Shown: positions 47,615 through 57,978, counted from the first letter of the stretch. The stretch is DNA of 64,000 bases from Longimicrobiales bacterium (GCA_965238005.1 OZ250165.1:4192001-4256000); one strand, 5' to 3'. Translations and numbers: made by a program. The notes: generated by a model not told the origin, from the sequence alone.

Positions 47615-50200
47615 ATGTCCTGTTCATCCATTTGGCGGGCTACCGCCAGGCTCCTCCGACTCGCAGCCGTCCCGGCTCTCAGTGTGGCGGCCTCGGCCGG
47701 CCTCGCGCCCCCGGCCGTGGCACAGGAAGGCCCACTGCCCAGCATCGAAGAAAAGACCCAGAACGCCGATCGCATGGAGGGGTTCTTCAACCTCTACTGG
47801 GAGGATTCCAGCGGGTCTCTGTACTGGGAGATCGACGAGCTGGGTACCGAGTTCCTCTATCAGATCTCCATGGGGTCGGGACTCGGGAGCAATCCGGTCG
47901 GCATCGACAGGGGTCAGCTCAGGGGCACACACATTCTGGAGCCGAGGCGCATCGGCCCCCGAGTGCTCCTCATGGAGCCCAACTACCGGTTCCGGGCACG
48001 CAGCGATAACCCGACCGAAGCTCAGGCGGTGCGAGATGCCTTCGCACCCTCGGTGCACTGGGGCTTCGACATCGTGGCCGAGACCGGGGCCCGTGTTCTG
48101 GTAGATGCGACGGAGTTCTTCCTTCGTGACGCCCGCGGCGTCGTGGAGCAGATCGCACAGCGGAACCAAGGTCGGTTCGAGCTCGACCGGTCCCGGAGCG
48201 CCATCCACTTGCCCGCGACTCGATCCTTTCCGGAGAACACCGAGGTCGAAGCCATCCTCACCTTCACGAGCGCCCAGCCCGGGGCGCTGGTCCAGGGTGT
48301 GGCGGCGACCGGCGGCGCCATAACGCTCCGTCAGCATCACTCCTTCATCCAGCTGCCCGATGACGGCTACCGGACCCGCACCGCAGACCCGAGGGTGGGG
48401 GTGAACGGCCCCACCGTGTACGACTACGCCACCGCCATCGACGAGGATACGCGCCAGAGATGGGTGGCGCGCCATCGCCTGGAGAAGCGTAATCCCGGGC
48501 CCGGGCCGTCCGAGCCCGTCGAGCCCATCGTCTACTACGTGGATCCGGGCACGCCCGAGCCTGTTCGCAGCGCGTTGATCGACGGGGCGAGCTGGTGGAG
48601 CGAGGCCTTCGAGGCCGCCGGCTTCATCGACGCCTTCCGGGTGGAGGTGCTGCCCCAGGGTGTCGATCCGCAGGACATCCGCTACAACATGATCCACTGG
48701 ACCCACCGCCGAACCCGTGGCTACTCCTACGGGAACACCGTGGCGGACCCGCGCACGGGTGAGATCGTGCGCGGTGTGGTGAACCTCGGAAGCCTTCGGC
48801 TGCGGCAGGACTACCTTCACGGGCAGGGTATGGTGGCCCCCTTCCCCGGTGGTATCTCTTCAGCGGACGGTGGCGGGTACTTCGATTTCGCTGGGCGCCA
48901 GGACAGCGGCGGCACCTACTACGGGGCGGGCGAATCGGCGGCGGCGCCGAACTTCGAGTACCTGGCTCAGGTGGTGGACGAATCGGAGGCGGTCGAGATG
49001 GCGCTGGCGCGGGTTCGTCAGCTCTCGGCCCATGAGGTCGGCCATACGCTCGGATTCCCTCACAACTACATGGCGAGCACCTACGGACGGGAGAGCGTGA
49101 TGGACTATCCCGCGCCGCTGGTCGAGATCGATGACGATGGGAACCTCGATCTGTCCAACGCCTACGTGCAGCGGATCGGAGCGTACGACAAGCTCTCCGT
49201 GAACTGGCTCTACCGTGAATTTCCGCCCGGGACGGATGAAGCCAATGCGCTCACCCGGATCGCTCAGCAGGGGGTCGAGGACGGCCTCATCTACATGGGG
49301 CACACGAACAACAACTTCATCGGGGCAGGCCACCAGTATGCCAGCGTCTGGGACAACGGCGCCAACCTCGTCGACCACCTCAAGCTCGAGATCCGCGTGC
49401 GCGAGATCGGACTCGAACGGTTCGGGGCGGATGCGATTCGGACGGGCGAGCCACTGTCGAATCTGGAGTACGTGTTGCTCCCTCTGTACATGCATCACCG
49501 CTTTCAGCTGCGCTCGGCGGCCCAGAGCCTCGGGGGTGCCGACTACCGGAATGCAGTGAAGGGAGACGGCCAGACCCCCTTCACCATCGTCCCCGGAGAG
49601 GAGCAGCGAGACGCCCTGGAGACCATCCTGTCCACCCTTACGGTCGACTTCCTGGCGCTCTCCGAGGACATCGTGTCCATGATCCCGCCACCGGCCTACC
49701 GATATGGTGAAGGCGAGGCCTTTCCCGGCAATACGGAGCTCCTGTTCGATCCCCTGGCAGCCGCTGAAGCCGCGGCCAACTTCTCGGTGGGGGAGATCCT
49801 CCACCCGCAGCGGATGGCCCGGCTGGTGGTCTTCGGGAGCATGGGGGACTACCCCGACCTGGAGGAGGTCGCGGATCGGCTGATTGAGGCCACTTGGGAC
49901 GCGCCCCCGGCCGGGGACGAGTACCGGCAGCGCGTCCTCGATGGCGTTCAGCGCTCGGTGGCCGATCGGATGATGCGGCAGGCGAGCAGTGCCGGTAACC
50001 CTGCCGAGGTCTGTGCGGTCCTGTCCGATCGTCTCGATAGGCTCGCGGCGCGCATCGAGAGCACCTCGGCACCGTCACCGCACCAGCGACTCGTGGCCGC
50101 GGACATTCGGCGCTGGCAGGCGCGCATCGAGAACACCGTGCCCGGCCCGCAACTGCAGATGCCCGCCGGCGATCCGATCGGGGGAAGCAACCGGAACTGA
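47615..50200 (+). CDS. Secreted Zn metalloprotease (EcxA / DUF5117-DUF4953 type)
   Basis: HEVGHTLGFPHN, SVMDYP, DPRTGEI; signal peptide. Confidence 0.9.
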   Translation: MSCSSIWRATARLLRLAAVPALSVAASAGLAPPAVAQEGPLPSIEEKTQNADRMEGFFNLYWEDSSGSLYWEIDELGTEFLYQISMGSGLGSNPVGIDRGQLRGTHILEPRRIGPRVLLMEPNYRFRARSDNPTEAQAVRDAFAPSVHWGFDIVAETGARVLVDATEFFLRDARGVVEQIAQRNQGRFELDRSRSAIHLPATRSFPENTEVEAILTFTSAQPGALVQGVAATGGAITLRQHHSFIQLPDDGYRTRTADPRVGVNGPTVYDYATAIDEDTRQRWVARHRLEKRNPGPGPSEPVEPIVYYVDPGTPEPVRSALIDGASWWSEAFEAAGFIDAFRVEVLPQGVDPQDIRYNMIHWTHRRTRGYSYGNTVADPRTGEIVRGVVNLGSLRLRQDYLHGQGMVAPFPGGISSADGGGYFDFAGRQDSGGTYYGAGESAAAPNFEYLAQVVDESEAVEMALARVRQLSAHEVGHTLGFPHNYMASTYGRESVMDYPAPLVEIDDDGNLDLSNAYVQRIGAYDKLSVNWLYREFPPGTDEANALTRIAQQGVEDGLIYMGHTNNNFIGAGHQYASVWDNGANLVDHLKLEIRVREIGLERFGADAIRTGEPLSNLEYVLLPLYMHHRFQLRSAAQSLGGADYRNAVKGDGQTPFTIVPGEEQRDALETILSTLTVDFLALSEDIVSMIPPPAYRYGEGEAFPGNTELLFDPLAAAEAAANFSVGEILHPQRMARLVVFGSMGDYPDLEEVADRLIEATWDAPPAGDEYRQRVLDGVQRSVADRMMRQASSAGNPAEVCAVLSDRLDRLAARIESTSAPSPHQRLVAADIRRWQARIENTVPGPQLQMPAGDPIGGSNRN

Positions 50201-50234
50201 AGGCACCGGAAACTGAGGTGAGGCCGGGCCCTAC

Positions 50235-50462
50235 TCGCTCCTCGACGACGTGGCCGCGCCCCCCTTTAGTGAGCTGGTAGAACTTGGCGCGCCGTCCCGT
50301 CTCGGTGCGGCCCCACATGGCGTCAAGCAGACCGCGCGCTTGCAGCCGGTGGAGGGCGGGATAGAGGGCACCTTCCTCGACACGCGATACGCCCTGGCTG
50401 CTCTCCCGGATGACGCGGCCGATGGCATAGCCGTGCATGGGGTCATCCCGAAGGGTCTTCAA
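50235..50462 (-). pseudogene. Truncated PadR-family regulator
   Basis: PMHGYAI...VEEGALYPALHRL...GRRAKFYQLT; N-terminal helix and C-terminal helix/stop missing. Confidence 0.75.
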
Positions 50463-50468
50463 CAGCCC

Positions 50469-51935
50469 TCAAACGAAGTAGTCGGAAACCTTGATGAGGT
50501 ACTTGTCGGGATCCGTGACCTTGATGATGGATCTGCTGAATGATCCGTCCGCTTCGGTATCGGCGAGGTCCACCAGGGGCGGTTCATCGAGCCAGACGCC
50601 GTCGGCATCGCAGATGAGGCGTACGATGGGGCGGTGCACATGGGCGGCATCTGAGTTCGCTGCGTGCACGATGGCGAGCTCATGGGTATCGAGGATCACG
50701 CAGGTGCCTACAGGATAGATGCCCAGGAGGTTGATGAGGGCCTTTACGAGCACCGGGTCGTGCTCGTGGTTCGGATCGTCCCAGAGCTCTCGCAGGACGA
50801 CATCCGGCGACTTGGCGGCGGAATAGCTCCTGGTGCTGGTGGCAGCATCGAAGGCTGCTGCCGCTCCGACGATCTTCGCGAACATGGATGGTTTCCGGCG
50901 TCGTATGACCTTGGGGTATCCAGACAGATCGACCTTCATGTGGTGCTCGTATGCGGTGATCATGCCTCGGAAAGGGATGTCTCCGTAGTCCCGGAAGCGG
51001 TACACGCTGAGGGCTCCGAGCCACGTGTGGGCCTGCATCTTCGCGTGCTCCGCCTCCGTGAGCTCACCCTCCTTGGACACGATCTCCAAGGGGACACGGC
51101 TCTTCCCCACGTCATGCAGCAGGGCAGCCATTCCAAGATCGAAGAGCCTTGACTTGCTCAGGCCGAGCCGCCTGCCGATGGCGACGCTGAAGATGCAGAC
51201 GTTGACTGTATGGGCGAACGTATATCGGTCGTAGTCGTTGAGCGTCGTCAGCCCAACCGACGTGACCTCGTTGTTGAGCACCTGGTCGACGATGCTCCGT
51301 ACCGCATGCTTCATCTGCTTCAGGTGGACGCTCCGCCCCAACCTGGTGCTGCCGTATAGCTCCTTCGTGACCGCTACGGACTGCTCATAGGTCTGCTTGG
51401 CGACACGCTTGCGCTCCAGCTCGCCGGCGAATCTCGCTTCCCCTTCCATGGGCGATCCGACCTCGATGCTGGAGACGCCGCGATCACGGATGACCTGCCG
51501 GAACTCGTCGATGCCGTTCTCGCTGGGCTCACCGGCCGGGAACTTCAGGAGCTGGGAGACGAACGTCTTCCACTCACGGCTGCTGGCCGGCTTTTCCATC
51601 CGGATCCAGCCGATTCCGGCGTTCGAGAGCGTGCTGATCACATGTCCGAACGAGGCGAAGTTGTCGAGATCCAGGCGAAGCTGGCTCGAGTTCACGTAGA
51701 GTAGCTGGCCGCTGATTCGGGCCTCGAGCCCTCGCTCCTTGTCAAGAATCTCGCCAGCCACCGACGTTACGTCCTCTAGGGCCTGCCTGACTTCCGCATT
51801 CTCGATTGGATACGCCTTGACGGTTCTGAGGGCCTCGTAGAAGGCGAGCAGGAAGTTGCCACCCAGATCCTGCTTCGGGTCGTCCGCAGGGGGTCCCGTA
51901 CCGCCGCCGTCGGATCCGCCCGTCGGTGCCATCAT
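50469..51935 (-). CDS. HD-GYP domain protein
   Basis: HTVNV, LLHDVGK, HH...SGYP, FDA..S.RSY, LGIYPVG. Confidence 0.88.
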   Translation of the reverse strand: MMAPTGGSDGGGTGPPADDPKQDLGGNFLLAFYEALRTVKAYPIENAEVRQALEDVTSVAGEILDKERGLEARISGQLLYVNSSQLRLDLDNFASFGHVISTLSNAGIGWIRMEKPASSREWKTFVSQLLKFPAGEPSENGIDEFRQVIRDRGVSSIEVGSPMEGEARFAGELERKRVAKQTYEQSVAVTKELYGSTRLGRSVHLKQMKHAVRSIVDQVLNNEVTSVGLTTLNDYDRYTFAHTVNVCIFSVAIGRRLGLSKSRLFDLGMAALLHDVGKSRVPLEIVSKEGELTEAEHAKMQAHTWLGALSVYRFRDYGDIPFRGMITAYEHHMKVDLSGYPKVIRRRKPSMFAKIVGAAAAFDAATSTRSYSAAKSPDVVLRELWDDPNHEHDPVLVKALINLLGIYPVGTCVILDTHELAIVHAANSDAAHVHRPIVRLICDADGVWLDEPPLVDLADTEADGSFSRSIIKVTDPDKYLIKVSDYFV

Positions 51936-53617
51936 GGACCGACCTGTTGCAGGGCGCGGGCTGACGCGGTCCTGACGATCGGATCGCGATCTTTGACCGC
52001 CTTGCGTAGGAGTTCGCGTGAGGACCGGCTCGCCACTCGTCCGAGCGCCATGGCCGCGCAGGCTCGGGTATCGGGGTCCGCACGGCCGAGCCCAAACCCC
52101 TTGCCGAGAAGGAGTGTCTTGAGATTGTCCACGGCCTCCTCTCCCCCGATGGTTCCGTAGGCTTCGAAGAACGCTCGCCTCTCGGTCAGGTCCCCCTCCC
52201 GCATCTCGTCTCCCAGTACTGCCTGCTGGATGATCCGCAGGGCACCCTGGTAGCGCTTGGCCGACAGCGCCTTGACGGCCGCGATCCGGACATCCGGATC
52301 CGCGTCAACCAGAAGGGTCACCAGGGCCTTCATCGTACGAGACGTCGGCACGCTGGCCAGGGCCGCAACGAGTTCGATTCGAACACCGATGTCAGGGTGC
52401 TCCAGTAGCGGTTCCAGCTCGCCCTGGAGCTGTCGCAGCTCGCGCTCCTGAACCAGGCGTAGGGCCGCCAGAACCACGACCCGCTCCTGTGATTCCAGAG
52501 CGGCCCCCAACGCCTTGGGCTGAGTCTCGGCCATCCGTCCCGCGGCCATGTGCAGAATCCGCCGGGCGTGATCGTTCGAAAGCCTGTGAATCCACTTCAG
52601 GACTGTCACGAGGGCATCCGGCGTCAACTGCTTGAACAGCTCTTCGAGATCCTCCTCCGACGGCTGGACGCGGGCTTCGTCCAGGGCGTGGAGGAGTTGG
52701 GCCACCACCTCGGGTCTCGACAAGGCATGGGTGAGCTCCTGGAGGAGCTCGCGATGCTCGGGGAAGAGCGCCTGGTCCCTCCCGAGCACAATGCGCGTCT
52801 CGGAGATGAGATACGCCACGGATCCGAAGTCCCCGGAGGTGAGCAGGTTGGGCAGGAGATCGGCGAGAACTTCAATAACCTCCGACCGAACCTCGGTGTC
52901 CGTCTGCAGCTCGAAGGTGTCGAAGAGGAGCGACAGGACGCTGCGACCCAGATCCTGATCATACTCCCTTTCGATCTCCGCGCGCAGGTAGCTGAGCTCA
53001 CGGTCATCGAGGAAATAGAGGGTCGACTCGTACTCTTCCAGGTTGACGACGCCCTCAGGCATGAGCCCGGCCCGCTCGGGCTCCTCCACGGGCGCCCGGA
53101 CATCCTCATCCACCTGTTCGCGAACTTCCTGTGCTGTCCGCGGTTGGGGGACGGCCTCTCTTCTGAACTCGATCTCTTCGCCGACGTCCTCCGTCTCCGC
53201 CGCCTTGTAACGGATGTGCTGAAGGTCTGCCGTCCAGAGGAAGGCCAGGAGGTCATCGTCGTCCTCGTCGGTCAGCGTTTGTGCCCAACTGATGGCCCGC
53301 AAGAGGCTCGCGATCTCTTTCTGCTCCGCCCCCGGAGAGAACGAAACAAAGCGGATGCCAGCCCCGAAAAGAGCCCCTGCCAGACTCTCGGACCCCTCGT
53401 CGACCGCAAGAACCGTCTCGGCTTCCCACTCGAGCCCTTCCTCGGAGACGGTCATTGGTAGTCCTGGCAGCCGGCTCCAGATGTCGGTGAAGGCCGCTTG
53501 GATCTCCTCATCCGCCTGCTCCTGAATGGGATGATCCGCGCCGTACGTGGAAAGGGTCCGGAGGCGCTTCTCCATGAGGAGAAGGAGATTGTGGATTCGC
53601 GTGCCTTCGGTGGTCAT
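51932..53617 (-). CDS. HEAT-repeat protein
   Basis: DPDVRIAAVKAL, RACAAMALG, DPIVRTA; ATGA overlap with the HD-GYP gene. Confidence 0.82.
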   Translation of the reverse strand: MTTEGTRIHNLLLLMEKRLRTLSTYGADHPIQEQADEEIQAAFTDIWSRLPGLPMTVSEEGLEWEAETVLAVDEGSESLAGALFGAGIRFVSFSPGAEQKEIASLLRAISWAQTLTDEDDDDLLAFLWTADLQHIRYKAAETEDVGEEIEFRREAVPQPRTAQEVREQVDEDVRAPVEEPERAGLMPEGVVNLEEYESTLYFLDDRELSYLRAEIEREYDQDLGRSVLSLLFDTFELQTDTEVRSEVIEVLADLLPNLLTSGDFGSVAYLISETRIVLGRDQALFPEHRELLQELTHALSRPEVVAQLLHALDEARVQPSEEDLEELFKQLTPDALVTVLKWIHRLSNDHARRILHMAAGRMAETQPKALGAALESQERVVVLAALRLVQERELRQLQGELEPLLEHPDIGVRIELVAALASVPTSRTMKALVTLLVDADPDVRIAAVKALSAKRYQGALRIIQQAVLGDEMREGDLTERRAFFEAYGTIGGEEAVDNLKTLLLGKGFGLGRADPDTRACAAMALGRVASRSSRELLRKAVKDRDPIVRTASARALQQVGP

Positions 53618-53647
53618 CGTTAGGCTGAGCGGTTCAGGGACCGAGGG

Positions 53648-54415
53648 CTAAAGCGGCCTGATCTTGATGTTGCGGTAGCGTATCTCGTGGCCGTGGTCCT
53701 GGACGCCGATTCCACCTCGTGTGGCCATACCGTAGTGGTCGTAGGGCGCGAATTTGCTCTGGTCCACCAGCGCGTGCCACTCGGGCGAGCGGATCTCGTA
53801 CTCGACGGTGATCTGGCCGTTGAGCCAGTGCTCCACATGAGCTCCGTCCACGATGATGCGGCCGTGGTTCCATTCGCCGATGGGGTTGGAGGCCGCCACC
53901 ACCGAGGCGTGGAGGTCATAGTTGTCCCCTGTCAGGTGCTTGTGCAGGTCCATGGTGCGCATCTCGATGTAGGCCGTGTCGTCCAGCACCTGAAACTCGG
54001 GGGCCACCATCCACATTTCTTCGCCCGCGTGCTCCTCCACCAGATAGAACACGCCGCTGTTGCCCACGGGCGAGACCTGGAAGTCGAACGAGAGCTCGAA
54101 GTCGGAGAACTGGGCTTCCGTGACGATGTCCCCTCCCAGGCCCTCCTCGCTCCCGTCCGATGCGAAGACGATCAGGTTGCCGTCGGCGACTTCCCAGCCC
54201 TGCTCTGGGAACGTCTCTCGATCGTATCCCCGCCAGCCCTCGGTGGAGACGCCGTCGAAGAGGAGCTGCCAGCCGGCCGCCACCTCGTCGGGGGTCAGGG
54301 TGTTGTGCTCGGGGGCCGGCAGAATGGCGGCGTCGGACCCGGCGGGAGCGTCGCCCTGCGGTTCGCACCCGAGCGTAGCGAAGCAGACGATGGCCGCCAA
54401 GAGCACGAGCCTCAT
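53648..54415 (-). CDS. DUF1080 (3-keto-disaccharide hydrolase) lipoprotein
   Basis: GWQLLFDG, GNSGVFY, PEFQVLD, GEWN, QDHG....RNIKIR. Confidence 0.92.
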   Translation of the reverse strand: MRLVLLAAIVCFATLGCEPQGDAPAGSDAAILPAPEHNTLTPDEVAAGWQLLFDGVSTEGWRGYDRETFPEQGWEVADGNLIVFASDGSEEGLGGDIVTEAQFSDFELSFDFQVSPVGNSGVFYLVEEHAGEEMWMVAPEFQVLDDTAYIEMRTMDLHKHLTGDNYDLHASVVAASNPIGEWNHGRIIVDGAHVEHWLNGQITVEYEIRSPEWHALVDQSKFAPYDHYGMATRGGIGVQDHGHEIRYRNIKIRPL

Positions 54416-55773
54416 GGGACCCGCATCTCCTGCGGATCCCAGCGCATGATCCGCTCGTCGAAGTAACTGTCGTTGCAGGCGAGAGCGGGGGCGGCGGCCC
54501 TCAGGCCGAAGACGGCGTCTTCGGTGACCGGCGGGCCGTTTCGGACACCGTTGAAGAAGTTCACGAAGTGGGCTCCCAGGTATCCCCGCTCGGCCACGTA
54601 CACGCTCTCGGCCGGCGGGAGCATCTGCTTCCGTTCCGCGGGACGAGAGTCCATCTCGTCGCTCTTCATCTGGTTGAAGACGTCGGTCGGGCCAGTGACC
54701 TTGTTCCGCCGCAGGACGATCTCCTCCCAGTCCACGTCCATGGCCCCTTCGCTTCCCACTAGCCGGAGGAAGGTGCTGCCCGACGTGCCGTCCACGAAGT
54801 TGACCCGTAGGGAGAGGTTGAAGGGTGGGTGGGCCTCGGCCTCCGGGTAGTCGAACATGCCGAGGAGAACGTCGGGTACTTCCCGGCCGTCCTTCCAGTA
54901 TCGGAGGCCTCCCTGGGCCATCACCCGCTGCGGGCCCACGGAGGACGCGATGAAGTGCAGGCTGGAGAAGAGATGCACGAACAGGTCTCCGGCCACTCCC
55001 GTGCCGTAATCCCGATAGTTCCGCCAGCGGAACACCCGGAGGGGGTCGAAAGGCCGACGAGGGGCGCTCCCCTGGAACATCTCCCAGTCCACGGTCTCCT
55101 CCGACGCGTCCTCGGGGATGTCGTACTGCCAGGCCCCCACCGGCGAGTTCCGGGCCCAGAAGCCCTCGGCGTAGTTCAGCTCACCGATGGCGCCCTCCTC
55201 GAGGAGCTCCTTGGCCTTCTCGTTCCCGAGGGAGCTCATCCCCTGGCTGCCCACCTGGAAGGTCTTGCCCGATTCCTCCTGCGCCCGGATGACGTCGTGG
55301 CCATCCTCGATGTCGTGGACCATTGGCTTCTCGCAGTAGACCGACTTGCCGCTACGCAGCGCCTCCGACGAGATCCGAGCATGCCAATGGTCCGGCGTGC
55401 CTATGATGACGGCGTCGATGTCCTCCCGGGCTAGCACCTCCCGATAGTCCCGGGTGGTGGAGAGGTCGGCGCCATGCTTTTCGCGGGCGGCCTCCAGGCG
55501 GCCTTCGTAGCAGTCGGATGCAGCCACCAATCGCACGCCCGGGACCTCGAGCGCGGTATCCACGTCGGCCATGCCCATGCCGCCGGCGCCGATGACGGCG
55601 ATCTGGATGTCGTCGTTGGCAGAGACCCGCCTCGTAGATCGTAGGATCTGGGCCGAAGGGCGATGGGCCGCCGAGAGTATCGACGGAGTGGCGCCCGCCG
55701 CCAGAGCGCCGGCGGCCAGCTTGCCGATGAACCTGCGCCTAGTGTGGCGGGCGCTGCCCGGTTGGTCGGTCAT
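54412..55773 (-). CDS. Gfo/Idh/MocA oxidoreductase with a Tat signal
   Basis: TRRRFI, IGAGGMG, TPDHWH, CEKP. Confidence 0.92.
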   Translation of the reverse strand: MTDQPGSARHTRRRFIGKLAAGALAAGATPSILSAAHRPSAQILRSTRRVSANDDIQIAVIGAGGMGMADVDTALEVPGVRLVAASDCYEGRLEAAREKHGADLSTTRDYREVLAREDIDAVIIGTPDHWHARISSEALRSGKSVYCEKPMVHDIEDGHDVIRAQEESGKTFQVGSQGMSSLGNEKAKELLEEGAIGELNYAEGFWARNSPVGAWQYDIPEDASEETVDWEMFQGSAPRRPFDPLRVFRWRNYRDYGTGVAGDLFVHLFSSLHFIASSVGPQRVMAQGGLRYWKDGREVPDVLLGMFDYPEAEAHPPFNLSLRVNFVDGTSGSTFLRLVGSEGAMDVDWEEIVLRRNKVTGPTDVFNQMKSDEMDSRPAERKQMLPPAESVYVAERGYLGAHFVNFFNGVRNGPPVTEDAVFGLRAAAPALACNDSYFDERIMRWDPQEMRVP

Positions 55774-55874
55774 GGGAGTGCCTCCGATGGAGGTCTGCAC
55801 TGGGAGGGCGCCGGGGGCGGCCCGACCAACACCGGAACAGATGCCGACGTCCGGGCCGCCTGTGCCCACTCTAC

Positions 55875-56174
55875 CTACATGTGGGGCTCGAACAAGATCG
55901 CGTGGACATCCGTGTCGCCGATGTTCTCCACAATGTGCGTCCAGGCCTCGTGATACATCACGTGTCCATCGGGGATCTCAGCCTCCATCGAGTCGTCACC
56001 CACGTAGATCCGCAACTTGCCACCCTTGATGAAGTAGACGGTCTCGTTGGGGTGCGAGTGCTCGTTGTCCTTGGCACCCGCGGGCAGGGTCATCTCCACG
56101 ACTCTGAGATGCTCGTTGGAGAAGAGGACTCGATAGTGCTCCGGGGAAACCTCACAGGGATCGACGTACGCCAC
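55875..56174 (-). CDS. Cupin domain protein
   Basis: HSHP...E, H..EN.G. Confidence 0.8.
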   Translation of the reverse strand: MAYVDPCEVSPEHYRVLFSNEHLRVVEMTLPAGAKDNEHSHPNETVYFIKGGKLRIYVGDDSMEAEIPDGHVMYHEAWTHIVENIGDTDVHAILFEPHM

Positions 56175-56474
56175 GTGGTCCGTCCTGTCTCAGGGTCACA
56201 GCGACCCGCGGGGGCGAGGTCCACCCGCGCGGCGGCCGCGAAGGATGCAGGGCCCTACATGATACCAGTCGAGGAGTGCGAGTTCAAAGCCACGGCGACA
56301 GAAGGCCCCATTCCGATCGCTCCAGGACGAGCACGAACGAGGTACCCCGCCAGCTCGGGGCTCGCGGGGCTGGCTGACTGAGGAGGGCCTCGGCAACCAT
56401 CTCCGGTGCCTCGCGTACATTGCTTGGGAGGAAGCGTGATTGACCGATATCGGAGATGGTCGTGGTCGGTTTGG

Positions 56475-56840
56475 TCAGCCCGTTGCTTCCCGATCGAAAT
56501 CGGGGAACTCCGACTCGAAGTTCCGCACGATCTTCGCCACCTCGAATCCCGCGTCCTTCACGGTTTCCAGCAGCAGGTCGTTGGGGACGTCCACGTCTTG
56601 CTCCAGCGTCAGCGTCGCGAGCCCGGTGCTCAGCTCCACCTTCAGGTCCTCCACACCCTCGAGCCGCTGGAGCTTCTGCTGCACTCCATAGGCGCAGAAC
56701 GGGCAGCTCATCCCAAGGATGGTGACCTGGATCTGCCGCGGCGCGTGCTCCTGGGCCGCGGCCTCGTGTTGGGCCAGCACCGTCGGCGCTGCCGCGCCTA
56801 GCGCAAACGCCAGGGCAACTGCAGTTCGAAGCGCTTTCAT
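56475..56840 (-). CDS. Periplasmic heavy-metal-associated (MerP/CopZ-like) protein
   Basis: Signal peptide; GMSCPFC; DAGF. Confidence 0.88.
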   Translation of the reverse strand: MKALRTAVALAFALGAAAPTVLAQHEAAAQEHAPRQIQVTILGMSCPFCAYGVQQKLQRLEGVEDLKVELSTGLATLTLEQDVDVPNDLLLETVKDAGFEVAKIVRNFESEFPDFDREATG

Positions 56841-56907
56841 CGGTATTCTCCTGTGTTCCTGGTTTTCGAAATTCAGCAACTGCATCAACAATCCATCTGC
56901 TTACGGT

Positions 56908-57978
56908 TTACATCCCTGGTATCCCGGACATCCCCGACGGCTGGAACCAGTGGTGGAACCACGGCACGTCATTCGGTCTTAGGGTCGAGTGGATCAGCGT
57001 CTCGATCAGCTCCCGGAGGCCGACCGTCCCAGCGAGCCAATCCAGCCCCCACCACCACGCGGTGGCGACCAGCGCACCCGCCAAGAGAGCCACGACCAGC
57101 CAGACCACGACCTTCCTGCCCAATTCGACGCCGAGTAGCGCGAAGTAGCGCGGAAGCACAAAGGGCATGACCAGCGTTCCCAGGTAGAAGGCGGAAAGCC
57201 CTGAATACGTGATGAACTCCGCCTTCCACAGCCCGGCGGCGAAGAGCGCATTACCGACGAGTGGGGCACCCGTTACGTAGGCCAGAAGCAGCCCCACAGC
57301 GGCGTTGCCGACTTGAACCAGAGGCCCCTTTGAGCCCTGCAAGGAGATATAGGCGGTCGACTGCCCGAGGGCGAGAAAGAACCCGACCCCGAGGAGTCCG
57401 AAGACCATCGGCCACCAGAGCGAATAGACCTGTCCCACGAGGGACATGGGGAGCCGCGCCCAAACGGGTCCACGCCGGGCAATCGGCGGCGTGACGGTAT
57501 GGGGCAACTCCTTCGCGGCGCTCTCCCGCGCTGCTCGCCACAACCGCTCCGGCGTTCGCCGGAGCCCGTAGAGCAAAACCGCCAGTGCGGCGCCCACGGC
57601 AACGACCTGGCCGATTACCGGCTGAGGCCCATTCAGTTCGACGATGAGGACCAACAGCCAGATGAACAACGCCTGCGCCGAAACGAGGTACGCCATCACG
57701 CCCGCAGGGCTCACCCCGCGAGCCAGCAGCTCCCTCGCCTGCAGGAACATCCGGCTTCTGCTGGGCGGGCTCAGCACTCCGAGGACCACGGCGCGCCACA
57801 CCGTGCCCCAGCCGTCGTCCGGACGCTCCAGCAATCGTCGAAGCCGACCGCGGACCCAGAACGATTCGCTCAGCGCCGTCAGCACCACGGCCAGCCCCAA
57901 GATCCACCAGAACATGAAGATGAAGTGGCCGCCGGTGAGCGTCGCCCACTGCAACACGCTTTCTATGAAGGGTGGCAT
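56908..57978 (-). CDS. Polytopic permease, probably DUF318/ArsP-like, lacking cysteine
   Basis: About 8 TMs in two repeats; L.ARG.S...MAYLVS and VGN...AAGLW resemble DUF318. Confidence 0.55.
   Translation of the reverse strand: MPPFIESVLQWATLTGGHFIFMFWWILGLAVVLTALSESFWVRGRLRRLLERPDDGWGTVWRAVVLGVLSPPSRSRMFLQARELLARGVSPAGVMAYLVSAQALFIWLLVLIVELNGPQPVIGQVVAVGAALAVLLYGLRRTPERLWRAARESAAKELPHTVTPPIARRGPVWARLPMSLVGQVYSLWWPMVFGLLGVGFFLALGQSTAYISLQGSKGPLVQVGNAAVGLLLAYVTGAPLVGNALFAAGLWKAEFITYSGLSAFYLGTLVMPFVLPRYFALLGVELGRKVVVWLVVALLAGALVATAWWWGLDWLAGTVGLRELIETLIHSTLRPNDVPWFHHWFQPSGMSGIPGM

Noticed and set aside
49638..50462. 274-aa PadR fusion ORF
   Set aside because: Beyond about residue 75 it is antisense read-through into the metalloprotease gene.
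56396..56460. 12-bp inverted repeat resembling an integron attC
   Set aside because: The right core reads GTC rather than GTT, and there is no integrase or second site; more likely a 3' hairpin or island-edge scar.
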